A stretch of 51,878 nt of DNA from Octopus sinensis (Eukaryota), in assembly GCF_006345805.1 (NCBI RefSeq), contig NW_021833990.1, positions 1 through 51,878 of the forward strand, given 5' to 3'. Under the pieces are notes generated by a model. That model ran no database searches. It was not told the DNA's origin and saw only the letters and a list, made by a program, of their open reading frames with translations. Position numbers and translations under genes: made by a program. Shown here piece by piece: positions 12,640-24,500 of this stretch; the first letter of the stretch is position 1; each line of letters opens with the position of its first letter.

Positions 12640-13372
12640 ACTGAGGTGTCAGAGGTGCGAGAGCATAGGAGGAAGTGAGTTTCATTGTGGCTACATTACA
12701 AGAAAACCTTTCACTGTGTTCCCTACTCATTGATGCCAGAAACCCCTCAACTTGCTAAAGTTCCAGTGAGAATAGTCAAAACCATAGAAGAGCTGACTTC
12801 ATCGTAGTCCACTATACTAAAATTAATCACAGAGAATTACTGTATGATCACTGATATCGCAAATGTATATTCTAAGGGAACAGCCACTCTATGATGATGT
12901 TTATACTTTGTGTAAACCCTTCTTCATTCATGTTAAGGAAGTCTGTAGGATATCTCCCTGGTTCACAAGGAAACAGAAATACCAAAATTACACAGTGTTT
13001 CTTTGTGACTGACTTAAAACTTTATGCAAAGAATATGCATGAGATGAAAAAGAGCCTTGAGCTAGTTACAACATCCTCAAAGGATGTAGGGTTGGAGTTT
13101 GGTCAGTATAAATGTTGTCATATGGTTGTGAAAAGGGGGAATACTTTAAACCAAACTAGTAGCATCTCCGTCAATAATTTAACTGTTTTCCCTGTATCTG
13201 GTATCTAGGGGTGGATGAAAATATATCTTACATTGGCAACTGTAACAAAACACCTTTCACTAAACAATATAAACATCGATCATCAAAGCAGTTTATCATG
13301 GACCAATAGCTGGATTGCTACCTCCCACTTTGAAGGGTATGCATTTGCAATGCCGGATCAGGAAATATCAAC
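12640..13372 (+). mobile_element. R4-like RT fragment (CATA-associated family), internally deleted
   Basis: WLHYKKTFHCVPYS, FILCVNPSSFML, FFVTDLKLYAK (YMDD equivalent), DVGLEFGQYKC, WIATSHFEGYAFA; breaks into (CATA)n. Confidence 0.8.
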
Positions 13373-13404
<32 letters not shown>

Positions 13405-13551
13405 CATACATACATACTTACATGCATGCATGCATGCATACACACATACGTACATACATACATACATACATACATACATACATACATAATACATACATAC
13501 ATACATACATACATACATACATACATACATACATACATACATACATACATA
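13373..13551. repeat. (CATA)n microsatellite
   Basis: Direct inspection. Confidence 0.97.
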
Positions 13552-14260
13552 CGGACAGGCTGGCTCGAAGTGACACGTCGCGTATTTAGTATGGAAGACT
13601 ATTTATGGAAGATACGATGAATACTATCTCCATCTTTGAAGCCCTGTTAAATAACTGGTTAATCTCCAGAAGAATTAACTGAAGGAGCCTTTTATTAAAG
13701 ATTGTATTGATTTTCGACTGAAACTTGAATTTAGCATGCAGAGATTTACTAGAAACAACATGGCTGGACTCAACATCAACAACAACACAACCAAGGAACA
13801 GAAGAAAAGCAACAGCTCAACAGATAAACGCAGGACACTCACTTTCGAACTAATGTCTCTGAAACCGGAGCAAAAAGTTGTCAGTGACAAATCCGGAAGT
13901 CAGAAGAGAATAACCAAGAGAAAAACAGTAAACAAAAGAGTTAAGCGAAACCAGGCAGCAGTATACAGTGACATGAGAAGAGGTGCAGTGAACATTACAG
14001 AAACTTCTTCACGAGAAGACAGAGACCTCTTCTGGAGGAAAATATGTTAAACCACAAAAATAATAATAATCGTCTTTCTGAGTCTGTCACTTTGAATGGT
14101 ATACGTAGAACAAATACTGGAAAACAAAATGTTTGCCAATTTCTTAAAAATCTCAGTAATATTTCTCAAACATCGAAATGAATTTCCTCCGCGTTTTCCT
14201 GATTAAGGCAGAACCTAGACAATAGGTGTAGACAGGCTGTACTATCATAACTAAGCTTGA
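13552..14260 (+). mobile_element. 5' part of R4-like element (CATA-associated), deleted derivative of 17167-18625
   Basis: Shares GACACGTCGCGTATTT leader, MAG.NINNNTTKEQ and NQAAVY.DMRRGAVNITETSSRED.D.FW with 17167-18060. Confidence 0.7.
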
Positions 14261-14379
14261 ACATGAGTGTGTGATTTGCAATACTTGTAGAATATATAAA
14301 TATAAAATTGTAAATGCATTTGTAAAGAACATAATGGAATCAGTCAGGGGAATAACCCATTTAAATATACATATATATA

Positions 14380-14542
14380 TATAAACTTTTCTGGGTGTGA
14401 CTAAAGTTGTGAGATGACTGTATGTATAATTTTTTTATTTTTTAAGTTTTAACTTTTATATTTTTAAATTAATTTTATGTATTGCCTTATGTTTTTCACT
14501 ATTTGATTTGCCTAATAGTGGTTTTATCTCTAATTTAATATA

Positions 14543-14550
<8 letters not shown>
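14380..14550 (-). repeat. Head of the AT-rich element also found at 47565
   Basis: Reverse complement TATATTAAATTAGAGATAAAACCACTATTAGGCAAATCA matches 47569-47607. Confidence 0.7.
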
Positions 14551-14590
<40 letters not shown>

Positions 14591-14619
14591 CATACATACA
14601 TATACAGGACAGTGATTAA

Positions 14620-15030
14620 ATGCAGGAGAGTCACCTAAACGCACCATTGCACCCTAAAAAGTTGGTTGTCATTGTATGGTCGTCCGCGAAGGGAGTTATT
14701 CATTATTCATATTTGCAACAAGGGAAAACGGTAACAACAACATCGTATTGCTAGGAAATTGATTGTATGCGTGAGAATTTGAAAAAGAAGCAACCCAGAC
14801 TAGTGAAGAGAGATGGCCCAATTTTGCTCCACGACATTGCACGTGCTCACTCTCCACAAGCTACGGTCCAAATGTTGCAAATCCGGAATTATGAGATTTT
14901 GCAGCATTCTCTGATATCTCTCCAACTAATCATCACTTATTTAAGCATATTGCCTATTTCATAAACAATAAAACATTCGTGAAGAGAGAAGAGGTGATTG
15001 AAGCATTCGGACAGTTTAACACAGCAAAAG
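14620..15030 (+). mobile_element. mariner transposase catalytic-domain remnant
   Basis: LHPKKLVVIVW..KGVIHY..LQQGKTVT..SYC, PILLHDIARAH, DISPTNHHLFK (YSPDLAP.DYHLF equivalent). Confidence 0.85.
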
Positions 15031-15104
15031 ATGAAACTCATACTGCCGAAGAGAAGAAGAGGGCAGAGCAAGGAACAAGAAAACCCACAAAGAAACAAAT
15101 TCTG

Positions 15105-15550
15105 CGGTCAGGAAGGATATATTCGAAACCTTTTCTGTAGATGAATGGAAACAGTTCTTGGAGTTCTAATATATTCTAGTTATCTTAGGTTACCTCTCAC
15201 AAGAAACCACTGGCCAACTGACGAAGATCTGGGTGTGCCATTAATCAAAACTGCTATTACAAGAAATCCACTCCAGCATCTTTATAGCACCATTCACTTC
15301 AATATAACGAAAATTGGGAGGAGAATAAACATGATAAATGTTATGCAGTTCGTTCCCTCTTTAATATGGTTCAGAATTCCTTCAAGAGATCCGAAATTTT
15401 TGAAAAGAGTCTGTCAGTCGATGTAATGATGGTCAACTACTATGGGGGCATAATTCACTCAAACAATTTATAAAAGGGAAACCCATAAGATTTCGTTAAA
15501 GATTTTGGGCATTGTGCTGTGTTTCAGAATTTTGTTACCACATTGATCTG
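15105..15550 (+). mobile_element. piggyBac fragment, duplicate of ~10925-11375
   Basis: Roughly 95% identical by eye to the first piggyBac copy. Confidence 0.9.
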
Positions 15551-15569
15551 TAACATCGATCATCAAAGC

Positions 15570-16865
15570 ATGAAAATATATCTACCATTGGCACCTGTAA
15601 CGAAACACCTGTCACTAAAGAATATTACAGCCAAATAAAGAAACTTTGGACCTCAGAACTTTCTACATTCAATGAACCAGTGTCCCACAATGTGTTTGCA
15701 GTGCCAGTACTAGTCCCAACGTAGACCTCCCCTACCTAAAACGAAAACAAGGTGGCAGAGGCTTAACATCTATCCCAAATGCCTTTCAATGTCGCATCAT
15801 ATCCCTTCGGGAACATATTTTACACACCAATTGTCGACGAGCATCCCTTGACCAAGTTTGCATACATGAAGCTAATAACATCATAAGTCTTGGAAGGCAG
15901 CTCCTTGAGCAACACTCTGTCTGATAAACTAGAATACATGCTCAAATAAGCCGCACGACTCTACTGCAACTTATCATCAGATGAAAGGATGAGCCTATGT
16001 AAGCAGACGACCATGCATGGATATGATAGTAGAAAGCTCCGTGATGATAGTAACATCGATCATCAAAGCTGTTTATTATGGACCACCAGCGGGATTACTA
16101 CCTCCCACTTTGAAGGGTATGCGTTTGCAATCCAGGAATAGGAAATATCAACCAAGTATCTGATGAACAAAAGGGATGGAGATGTAGGTAAAGCATTCAA
16201 ATGTGACAACCGATGCAGAATTTGTGGAGTTCACACTGAAGATATCCCCCACACCTTAAGCAGTTGTCCGAAAATACCATCACCTTAAATGTCACATGAC
16301 GTTGTAGCTAGGACACTCTATAAGGAAATCCGTGGTAAGCATAATCCCGAGAAGAATGAATAAGAATCCACAGTATGGTAGAAGTCATAGCCACACGTAA
16401 CAAAAAAGAATACTGATGGAATGTCCCAGTGTAGACCACAAAAAACTGTAATCCCAACAGACCTGAGAGAATGATTTGAGATAGAGAAGAGAAACTGTGT
16501 ACAGTTGTGGCAATTAGCTGCCCAGCAGATGTGAACATAAAGCTGAAGATCAATGAAAAAGAGTGTATCTATGCTGAACTATTGAGAAATCAGCAGTTTC
16601 TCTATTCAGATTACAAGTTCAGGTTTATACCTGTAATTATTGGGACTCTGGGACGTGTTACACAATGCCTAAATACCAATCTAGAGAAATTAGACTTCTC
16701 AAAACCAGAGAGGAGAAAGCTAATTTGAAGACTACAGATACGACCCATCACTAGAACTGTAAAAGTCTGAGAAACTTTCCAGAAGTTTATCATTAAATAT
16801 ATATGAGCATTTCTAGATATGTAACTATGTGCTTGAGAAAACGTACATAAAACATACAAATCTGC
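15570..16865 (+). mobile_element. 3' half of R4-like non-LTR element (CATA-associated)
   Basis: YLKRKQGGRGL, TSHFEGYAFAIQE, CRICGVHTEDIPHTLSSC (CCHC), AISCPADVNI..K..EK...Y, FIPVIIGTLG; short 3' UTR runs into (CATA)n. Confidence 0.85.
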
Positions 16866-17166
16866 ATATACATACATACATACATACATACATACATACA
16901 TACATACATACATACATACATACATACATACATACATGCATGCATGCATGCATGTATACATACATACATACATACATACATGAATGTATGCATGCATACA
17001 TACATACATACGTACATACATACATACATACATACATGCATGCATGCATTCCTGCATACATACATACCTACATACATACATACATACATACATACATACA
17101 TACATACATACATACATACATACATACATACATACATACATACATACATACATACATACATACATA
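16866..17166. repeat. (CATA)n/(CATG) microsatellite
   Basis: Direct inspection. Confidence 0.97.
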
Positions 17167-18625
17167 CTTACGAACTCCAAGCGACACGTCGCGTATTTGA
17201 TGTGGCAGACTATTCATCGAAAATATGATGATTACTATCTCCAACTCTGAAGCTAAAACTACCAGCCTTATCAAATAACTGGTTAATCTTTAGAAGTATT
17301 AACTGAAGGAGCCTTTTATTAAAGATCGTATTGATTTTCGACTGAAACTTGAATTTAGCATGCAGAGATTTACTACAAACAACATGGCTGGACACAACAT
17401 CAACAACAACACAACCAAGGAACAGAACAAAAACAACAGCTCAACAGATAAACAGATTCTTTCTAGCTTTAGTTAGAGAAGAAACCGTAACCACAAAACT
17501 AATTTTTTTTCTTGGATTTATGAATTGAGGACAGATTTATTAATTGTTATAGAAGAGCTAAACAAAACCCTTTTGTTGGATGTTTGGTCAGATTGGAACC
17601 ATACATGGACGATCTGCATCCACAACTAAATCATTTTACTGCGAAAGTAGCAATAGTAGTCAGGGCTATATAGCGGTGCCCCGACTAAAAATTTTCAAGA
17701 AGAAATAACTTTGATTTCGAAGCACTCTCTCGAAGAGAGAGAATTCTATATCAAAGTAAGCAAAAGACTGCCAGACACGGTATTAAAAGTTCACCAAGAA
17801 GAAGAGAAGAAGGAGATAGAAGTGATGTTTTGAAATAGCAAAAAGAGGACATTCAATTACGAACTGACCACTCTCAAACAGGAGCTAAAAGATGTCAGTG
17901 AGAAACCTCGAAATCAGAAGAGAATAACCAAGAGAAAAACAGTAAACGAAAAAGAAAAAATTAACCAGAACCAGGCAGCAGTATACAGAGATATTGAGAG
18001 GAGGAGTAGTGAACATCACAGAAACTTCTTCACGAGAAGACATAGACTTCTTCTGGATGAAAAGGTGTTAAACCACAAAAATAACAATAACAAACAGAAA
18101 AGGAAAGGCAACAGCATTTATAGGGATTCCAACCCCAGAGAGAAAAAGAAAACCAGATTGATTCATGCTTTATCCTCAGACTGACACCTCGTCTCACATT
18201 AAACTCATTCAAAGAAAACAAAATGCTAAAAACAACAGCCAAATATCTCTCAAATCCTTCCTTCAATTCTTAGAAAGGAGATACATTGGTGGACAATGCA
18301 TGTGAATAGAGAGGGTGGTGGTCAAGGTTAGAATGTCTTGTATCATAGATCTACTCCCGCAACACTGACATGTTGCTAAACCAAGAAAATAATAATTCTC
18401 TTACCTTTTGCGAGTCTCTCGATTTCAATGATATACGTACAACAAATACTGGGAAACAAAAAGTAAGCCAATTCCTGAAAAGCATCAATAATACTTCTCA
18501 ACCAACAAAACAACCTTCCTCTGTGCTTTCCTGATCAAAACAGAACCCAAGTGGTGGTAGACAGACTGTATTGTCAGAACTATGCCTGAATAGGGGTAAA
18601 CTATTTCCTGTGCATGTGAAATATA
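17167..18625 (+). mobile_element. 5' half of R4-like element (CATA-associated), degenerate
   Basis: Starts immediately after (CATA)n; N-terminal motif LLNCYRRAK..., NQAAVYR..., FFW, then RT domain 1-2 remnants. Confidence 0.75.
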
Positions 18626-18715
18626 TAAATATATGTGTAAAATTGTAAATCTATATCTGTAAATAATGCATTAACATCATTCATGCGGATAACTCAGTTT
18701 TATACATGCATGCAC

Positions 18716-19080
18716 AGTAACCCGAGAAGCTTTAGTCACCCCTGCACATTTCAATAGGCTTATTACTTTTAGTAAATTGGATTTTCCAAAATGTTATTTT
18801 TAACACTAGAAAACTCAAACAATCTTGTCTGTGTAATCATTTCTCTTGACAGTCATGTCCAAATTCATCTTCAGATGCCAAATAAAAATGACAAAGAAGA
18901 AGCATGAGAAACGAGCACAGATTGAAATTTGGTAAAAGAATGGAGAAATGTGTGAGTAAGACAGCAGCTGATTGGTCTGTAACTCCATCAACTGTTTCAA
19001 GAATTCAGAAAAGAATTGAAGAAGGTTCATAAAGAAGGCTTCACCTACAAGAAGTAGCCGAGAATGTTCCCTGACATCAA
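18716..19080 (+). mobile_element. Tc1-like element left end plus transposase N-terminus remnant
   Basis: CAGTAACCCGAGAAGCTTTAGTCACCCCTG resembles a Tc1 TIR start; EKRAQIEIW...WSVTPSTVSRIQKRIEEGS; homologous to 1-55. Confidence 0.6.
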
Positions 19081-19094
19081 ACTCAGCCAACCTA

Positions 19095-19930
19095 AAGTTA
19101 ATACATCAGAAATTATGATACTGTTAGTTTAGACAATCTAACTGAAATAGAAGGTTAAGAATAGATTAGTTAGGTTTTTTTCGTAGAATGAGCTTTCACA
19201 TTGTTTTTGACGATGAGTTAACTAAGGCTAACTTCTTAGATATTACTCTTAATTTACAAAATAACTCGTACTTCCCATACACCAAACCTTCCACAAATAT
19301 CAATTATATTAGTCCTTCCAGTAATCTCGCTAGGGCAATTAATAAGAATTTAGTTAAAAACATTTCAGTTAGATTGTCTAAACTATTCGCCAATGTTGAC
19401 ATTTTTAACGACAAGGCAGAATTTTTATAACTCTGCTTTAGTTAAAGCAGGATATAAAGAAAAAGTTACATACATTGATTCTGCTCAATTTCGTCCTTCA
19501 TCTACTGTTCAAGACAAGAAATCTAGTTGTAATAATAAGTGTGATTTTAATTCTAATATTGTAAACAACACAAAACAATAAAATTCCTGTACGGGGTAAG
19601 GGAGGCAAGCGTTATTTAAGGCCATTTTTCCACTCTAGAGGTATTTCACTGTTCTTTAAAGATAATACCGCTTACAATTTGAATGTTACTAGGAAAACTG
19701 TCTGGTTTGTTATTTCGTATGGAAAACAAATTAAATCTAATCTTCCTTTACAATTCCGTGATGTGGTTGCTAGGAACTTTCCAAAAAATTATTAATTCTC
19801 TTATAGTTAGAGTTGCCTTCTCCAACACAAAAAATCTTTCACAAATTATATCTTCTCATAATACCAGTCTGCTAAATAAAAGTCCATTTTCTGGGAGTTA
19901 CAACATTAATTTTATAATTCCAGCCCCTCA
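19095..19930 (+). mobile_element. Penelope-like RT thumb/linker remnant
   Basis: NFLDITLNLQNNSYFPYTKP..NINYI..SSN, YNSALVKAGYKEK, VWFVISY.KQIKSN...ARNFPK, VAFSNTKNLSQIISSHN are typical PLE post-RT motifs. Confidence 0.8.
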
Positions 19931-20013
19931 ATAATATAATAATAATAATAATAATAATATAATAATATAATAATAATAATAATAATAATAATATAATAAT
20001 AATAATAATAATA
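19931..20013. repeat. (TAA)n microsatellite
   Basis: Direct inspection. Confidence 0.97.
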
Positions 20014-21173
20014 AGCACCAGCCTTGACAGCGGCTGGACGTGTTCCTCACTTCTCTGACAGTTCGGTGGCCGAAAGCCATAGAAACACTAATATGGGCCA
20101 GTTTAGCAACGGGGAAAAATAACTCTCAAAGACTGGAACATCTACAATACCTCGTGAGTATTTGAAATTCTCTTCAAAGTGGGTTAAGAAAATTTACAAA
20201 TTTACGTATCTACAGCTTTCAAACATACATCCGATCGGCTTTAAAAACTTTAATACCCACAACTGCCTCTGTAAGCACCCTTTTTTTCTTTTCTTTTTTT
20301 TTTCTTCTCTCTAAAAACATCACGCTTTTCTTTTTTTTCTTTTTGTAGACTTGCAAAACCCTAAAACTTTCTATGAATATCTGACTTTTCTTTGCTTCCT
20401 CCCTGAATATTCAAATATAAATGTAAACATATACTTTTTATTGCAAAAACACACCTGTTCTTCTAACTGGACATACAAACATCTCTAGAGGGGTCAACTT
20501 CAACCTCCACAATATTACCTTGCACGAAATATACAAACACTTTTTATTGCAATAACACAAACGCACATGGAAAAAATAATGATGCTAAGATTCTCTCTGG
20601 TCGAACACAGCTTCTCTATTCACAAATAATACAGAACAGCCCTTCAAAATAAGTTAAGAAAATTTACAAATTTACATATCTACAGTTTTCAAACATACAT
20701 TCGACCAGCTTTAAAAACTTTGATACCCACAATTGCCTCTGTAAACATCCTTTTTTTTTTCTTCTCTCTAAAAACATCACGCTTTTCTTTTTGTGGACTT
20801 TCAAAACCGTAAAACTTTCTATGAAAATCTGACTTTTCTTTGCTTCCTCCCTGAATATTCAAATATAAACGTAAACATATACTTTTTATTGCAAAAACAC
20901 ACCTGTTCTTCTAACTGGACATACAAACATCTCTAGAAAAGTCAACTTCAACCTCCACAATATTACCTTACACGAAATATACAAACACTTTTTATTGCAA
21001 TAACACAAACGCACATGGAAAAAAAAAATGATGATGCTAAGATTCTCTCTGGTCGAACACAACTTCTCTATTCACAAACAATACAGAACAGCCCTTCCTT
21101 AATTTTTCTTAAGGCTAATAGTAGTAAACATCTGAACTTTTTTTGACCACACCCCAAAAAAAAAAAAAAAAAA
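20014..21173 (+). mobile_element. Non-coding module A, poly(A)-ended, with an internal ~470-bp tandem duplication
   Basis: Second copy on minus at 33942-34665 (about 90% identical by eye); begins right after (TAA)n, ends in an A-run at 21156-21173. Confidence 0.75.
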
Positions 21174-21530
21174 GATAGTAATAGTGCTGATATTCTATCT
21201 ATCTATCTACACACACACACATACAAACCTCACCTCGGCTCTATTGTTAACCAAATATGAAAGTATTATTTGACAGGCAAGAACTCTGGCATTGAAGACA
21301 GTCAGCCAGCCAACCACCAAGCCAGCCAACGAGACAGACAGACACTACTGTGATGGTGATAATGATAAAAAAACAAAAATAACAATAATAAGATACTGCT
21401 GTGACTACACATAAAACAATATCATTGATGATGATGGTGGTGATGGTGATGGTGATGATGATAATGATGATGGTAATGGTGGTGATAATGATGATAGTGA
21501 TGGTAATGGCGAAGATAATAACAATAATAA

Positions 21531-24500
21531 GCCGACTACGGCTGCTATAATGGTACGATTATAATTGTAACGGCAATGATGGCCGTCTCCCCACGAGCCA
21601 ATCAAAGCTAAAAAATGATAACATTATCGTAGCACCAAAATGTTTTTGGAAACTAAAAGGAAAACTAAATCAGTATACCAAATCGCTTGTCCTATGGTTA
21701 ATCTGGAAGCGCGTCCCCCAGGGAAGAGCCAGCCTGGGATCGAAAAGTCATCAACTGGCACAAACTCTTCTCCGAATACGGACATGGATGGTCACTTGAA
21801 CGGGAAATCCCCCAACTCGAGCCCTCCAAGTTCACCACCACAACCACCACAGAAAGAAAAATGTAAGCGGAACAAATGGACCCGAGAAGAGTATAAAGAA
21901 GTAATATACGCTTATTACTATGCATTAGGTAGGCCATCTCAAGAGAGACACACCGCAAACTCTTACAGTATATGGGGAACACGGAATCAAGACAGTAGGC
22001 CCTATTTGGACGAGAACAAATTAGCAAATGTGAGGAGGGATATCTTTAGAAATAACAGACTCACAGACAGTGAAATAAGTGCGATCAAGCACGCAACGGA
22101 AAATGACATAAATATAAGACACAAAGGAAATGAAGAATCAGATGAACAGTATAGCCCGCCACGAGGCTTAATTGAAAGACTGCCATCTGACCAAAGTACG
22201 CAAAGGCCTGAAGATACAAGAAATTCTATTGTACCTGTTAAAGATAGCCAGGAAAACGAAAAAACAACAGTAACTGAAGATCTCGCATTTGCTGAAGAAC
22301 ACAGAGAGTCTATGGCAGAAATGAGGCAGAAAATCCTGAATACGCTTGAAGTTGTAAGACATACAAGTATGAATGATAGAGAACCGCTTCATAAACTCTC
22401 AAATACAAACCAAAATAAAAAACAAATCCAAATTGGCAACTATGTAACAAATGAAATAATAAGAGAATTAAAACCTGATTTTACTGAGTTAAATGAAATT
22501 ATTTACGCTTCTGCTAGGGCAATTGAAACCAGCTGTATGCCCCCGAAAAAACAAAGAAAACCAAACCTGGGAAGAAATCAAACCTGGAGAAGTGAAATTG
22601 AAAAAGAGATTGAATTTATGAGAGGGGAAATATCAATATTAAATGAACTAATATGTGGAAATGATGTAAGATCCAGAACAGGAAGAAAGATGAAGAGAAA
22701 ATTTGGATCCTCACCAAGAGAAGAACTGATATCAATAAAAGAAACGCTGAAACAAAAAGTCCAAGCAAAAGCCCAAAGAATACGAAGATTTGAGAAGAGA
22801 AACAAGTTTTACAAGCAAAATAAGCTGTTCACATCCAATGCCAAAAAATTCTACAGAGAAATAGGGAAGGAGAAAGTAACCGTTAAAGACCCCCTCCCAT
22901 GGAAGAAGTTCAAAACTTTTGGGAAAGGATTTGGAGTGACAAGAAGACGTACAACATAAATGCAGACTGGATTATACAAACTGAAGGATCCTACCAAAAT
23001 TTACAACAACAAGCATGGGAAGACATCACAATAGCAGACCTAAGAAAGGCACTTACGAAGGCCCATAATTGAAATCCCCCGGTAAAGATAGGGTACCGAA
23101 TTTCTGGCTCGCATCGCTCCCGTGCGCACACGGTAAGCTAGTTCAGCTGCTCAATGGAATTTTGAGAGACCCAAAGAAAACACCTGAATGGTTAGCAAGT
23201 GGCATTACTTACCTACTCTCAAAGAATAACGAAACCAACCTTCCAAAAAACTATCGGCCTATAACCTGTCTATCCACCACGTATAAAATCCTAACATCTA
23301 TCCCGGCGGAGAAAACATATGCATTCATGGAGAAGAACGATATTTTCCCCATTGAACAAAAAGGGTGCCGCCGAGGCTCTTACGGATGCAAAGATCAACT
23401 GCTAATCAATCGTATGATCCTTGAGAACTGTCACAACAAGCGCAGAAATCTCAGCACCGCATGGATTGACTATAAAAAGGCCTTCGACAGTATACTGCAT
23501 CCATGGATCTTGAGATCGCTGGACATCTTTAAAATTTCCCCTGTGATTTCAAACTTCCTGAAGCACAATATGTCGTTGTGGAATACGAATCTCCAATTAT
23601 ACCACTCTAATGGAGTACTTGCCTCAGAAAATATAAACATCAACTGTGGAATTTTTCAAGGTGACTCACTTTCACCTTTAATATTCTGCATAGCCCTAAT
23701 ACCCCTTACAAGTGAATGAAACAGAACAGGGTATGGGTATAAAATTGCCAATAAAAAAATAAGCCGTCTATTTTATATGGATGACTTAAAACTTTATGGT
23801 AAAGACAATAATGAACTTGAAGGCCTATTGCGCACCGTGAAAGCATTCAGCGATGACATCGGGATGGAGTTTGGACTTGAGAAGTGTGCCAAGGCCACTT
23901 TCCAGAAAGGGAAAGTGAAGACCACAAATTCAGTCGTGTTAGATGTTGACACAGTCATAAGAGAGCTTGAGCAAGAACAGACATACAAATATTTAGGGAT
24001 AAATGAAGGCTCTGGTATTCAGCATGCAAGCATGAAAGAGAAAATCAGGAAGGAATGTTATAGGAGAGTTCGTGCAGTCCTGAAATCTGAAATAAATGCA
24101 CGTAACAAGGTGTTAGCTATAAATTCCTTAGCAGTTCCAGTTGTTACTTATAGCTACAATGTGTTGAACTGGAATATGAGTGAAGTAAAGAATATAGATA
24201 GAAAAATACGCAAGCTGCTGAGTTGTAATAGGATGCACCACCCAAAGGCAGACGTAGATCGCCTTTACCTTCCCAGAGCCCAAGGAGGTCGAGGCCTGAT
24301 CCAATTTGAACTAGCTTACAAAACAACCACAATTGGACTGGCCAAATATCTCGAAATATCGAATGACTGGATGCTAAAGCTCGTGGAAAATCACGAGAGA
24401 CGAAAGAAGCTTCATTCTATCATCAAGGAAAGCAAAACATTTGCTATTGATCTCGTGCAGGATACCCAAATTGAACAACCCGAGGGAAGTACGGCAACTA

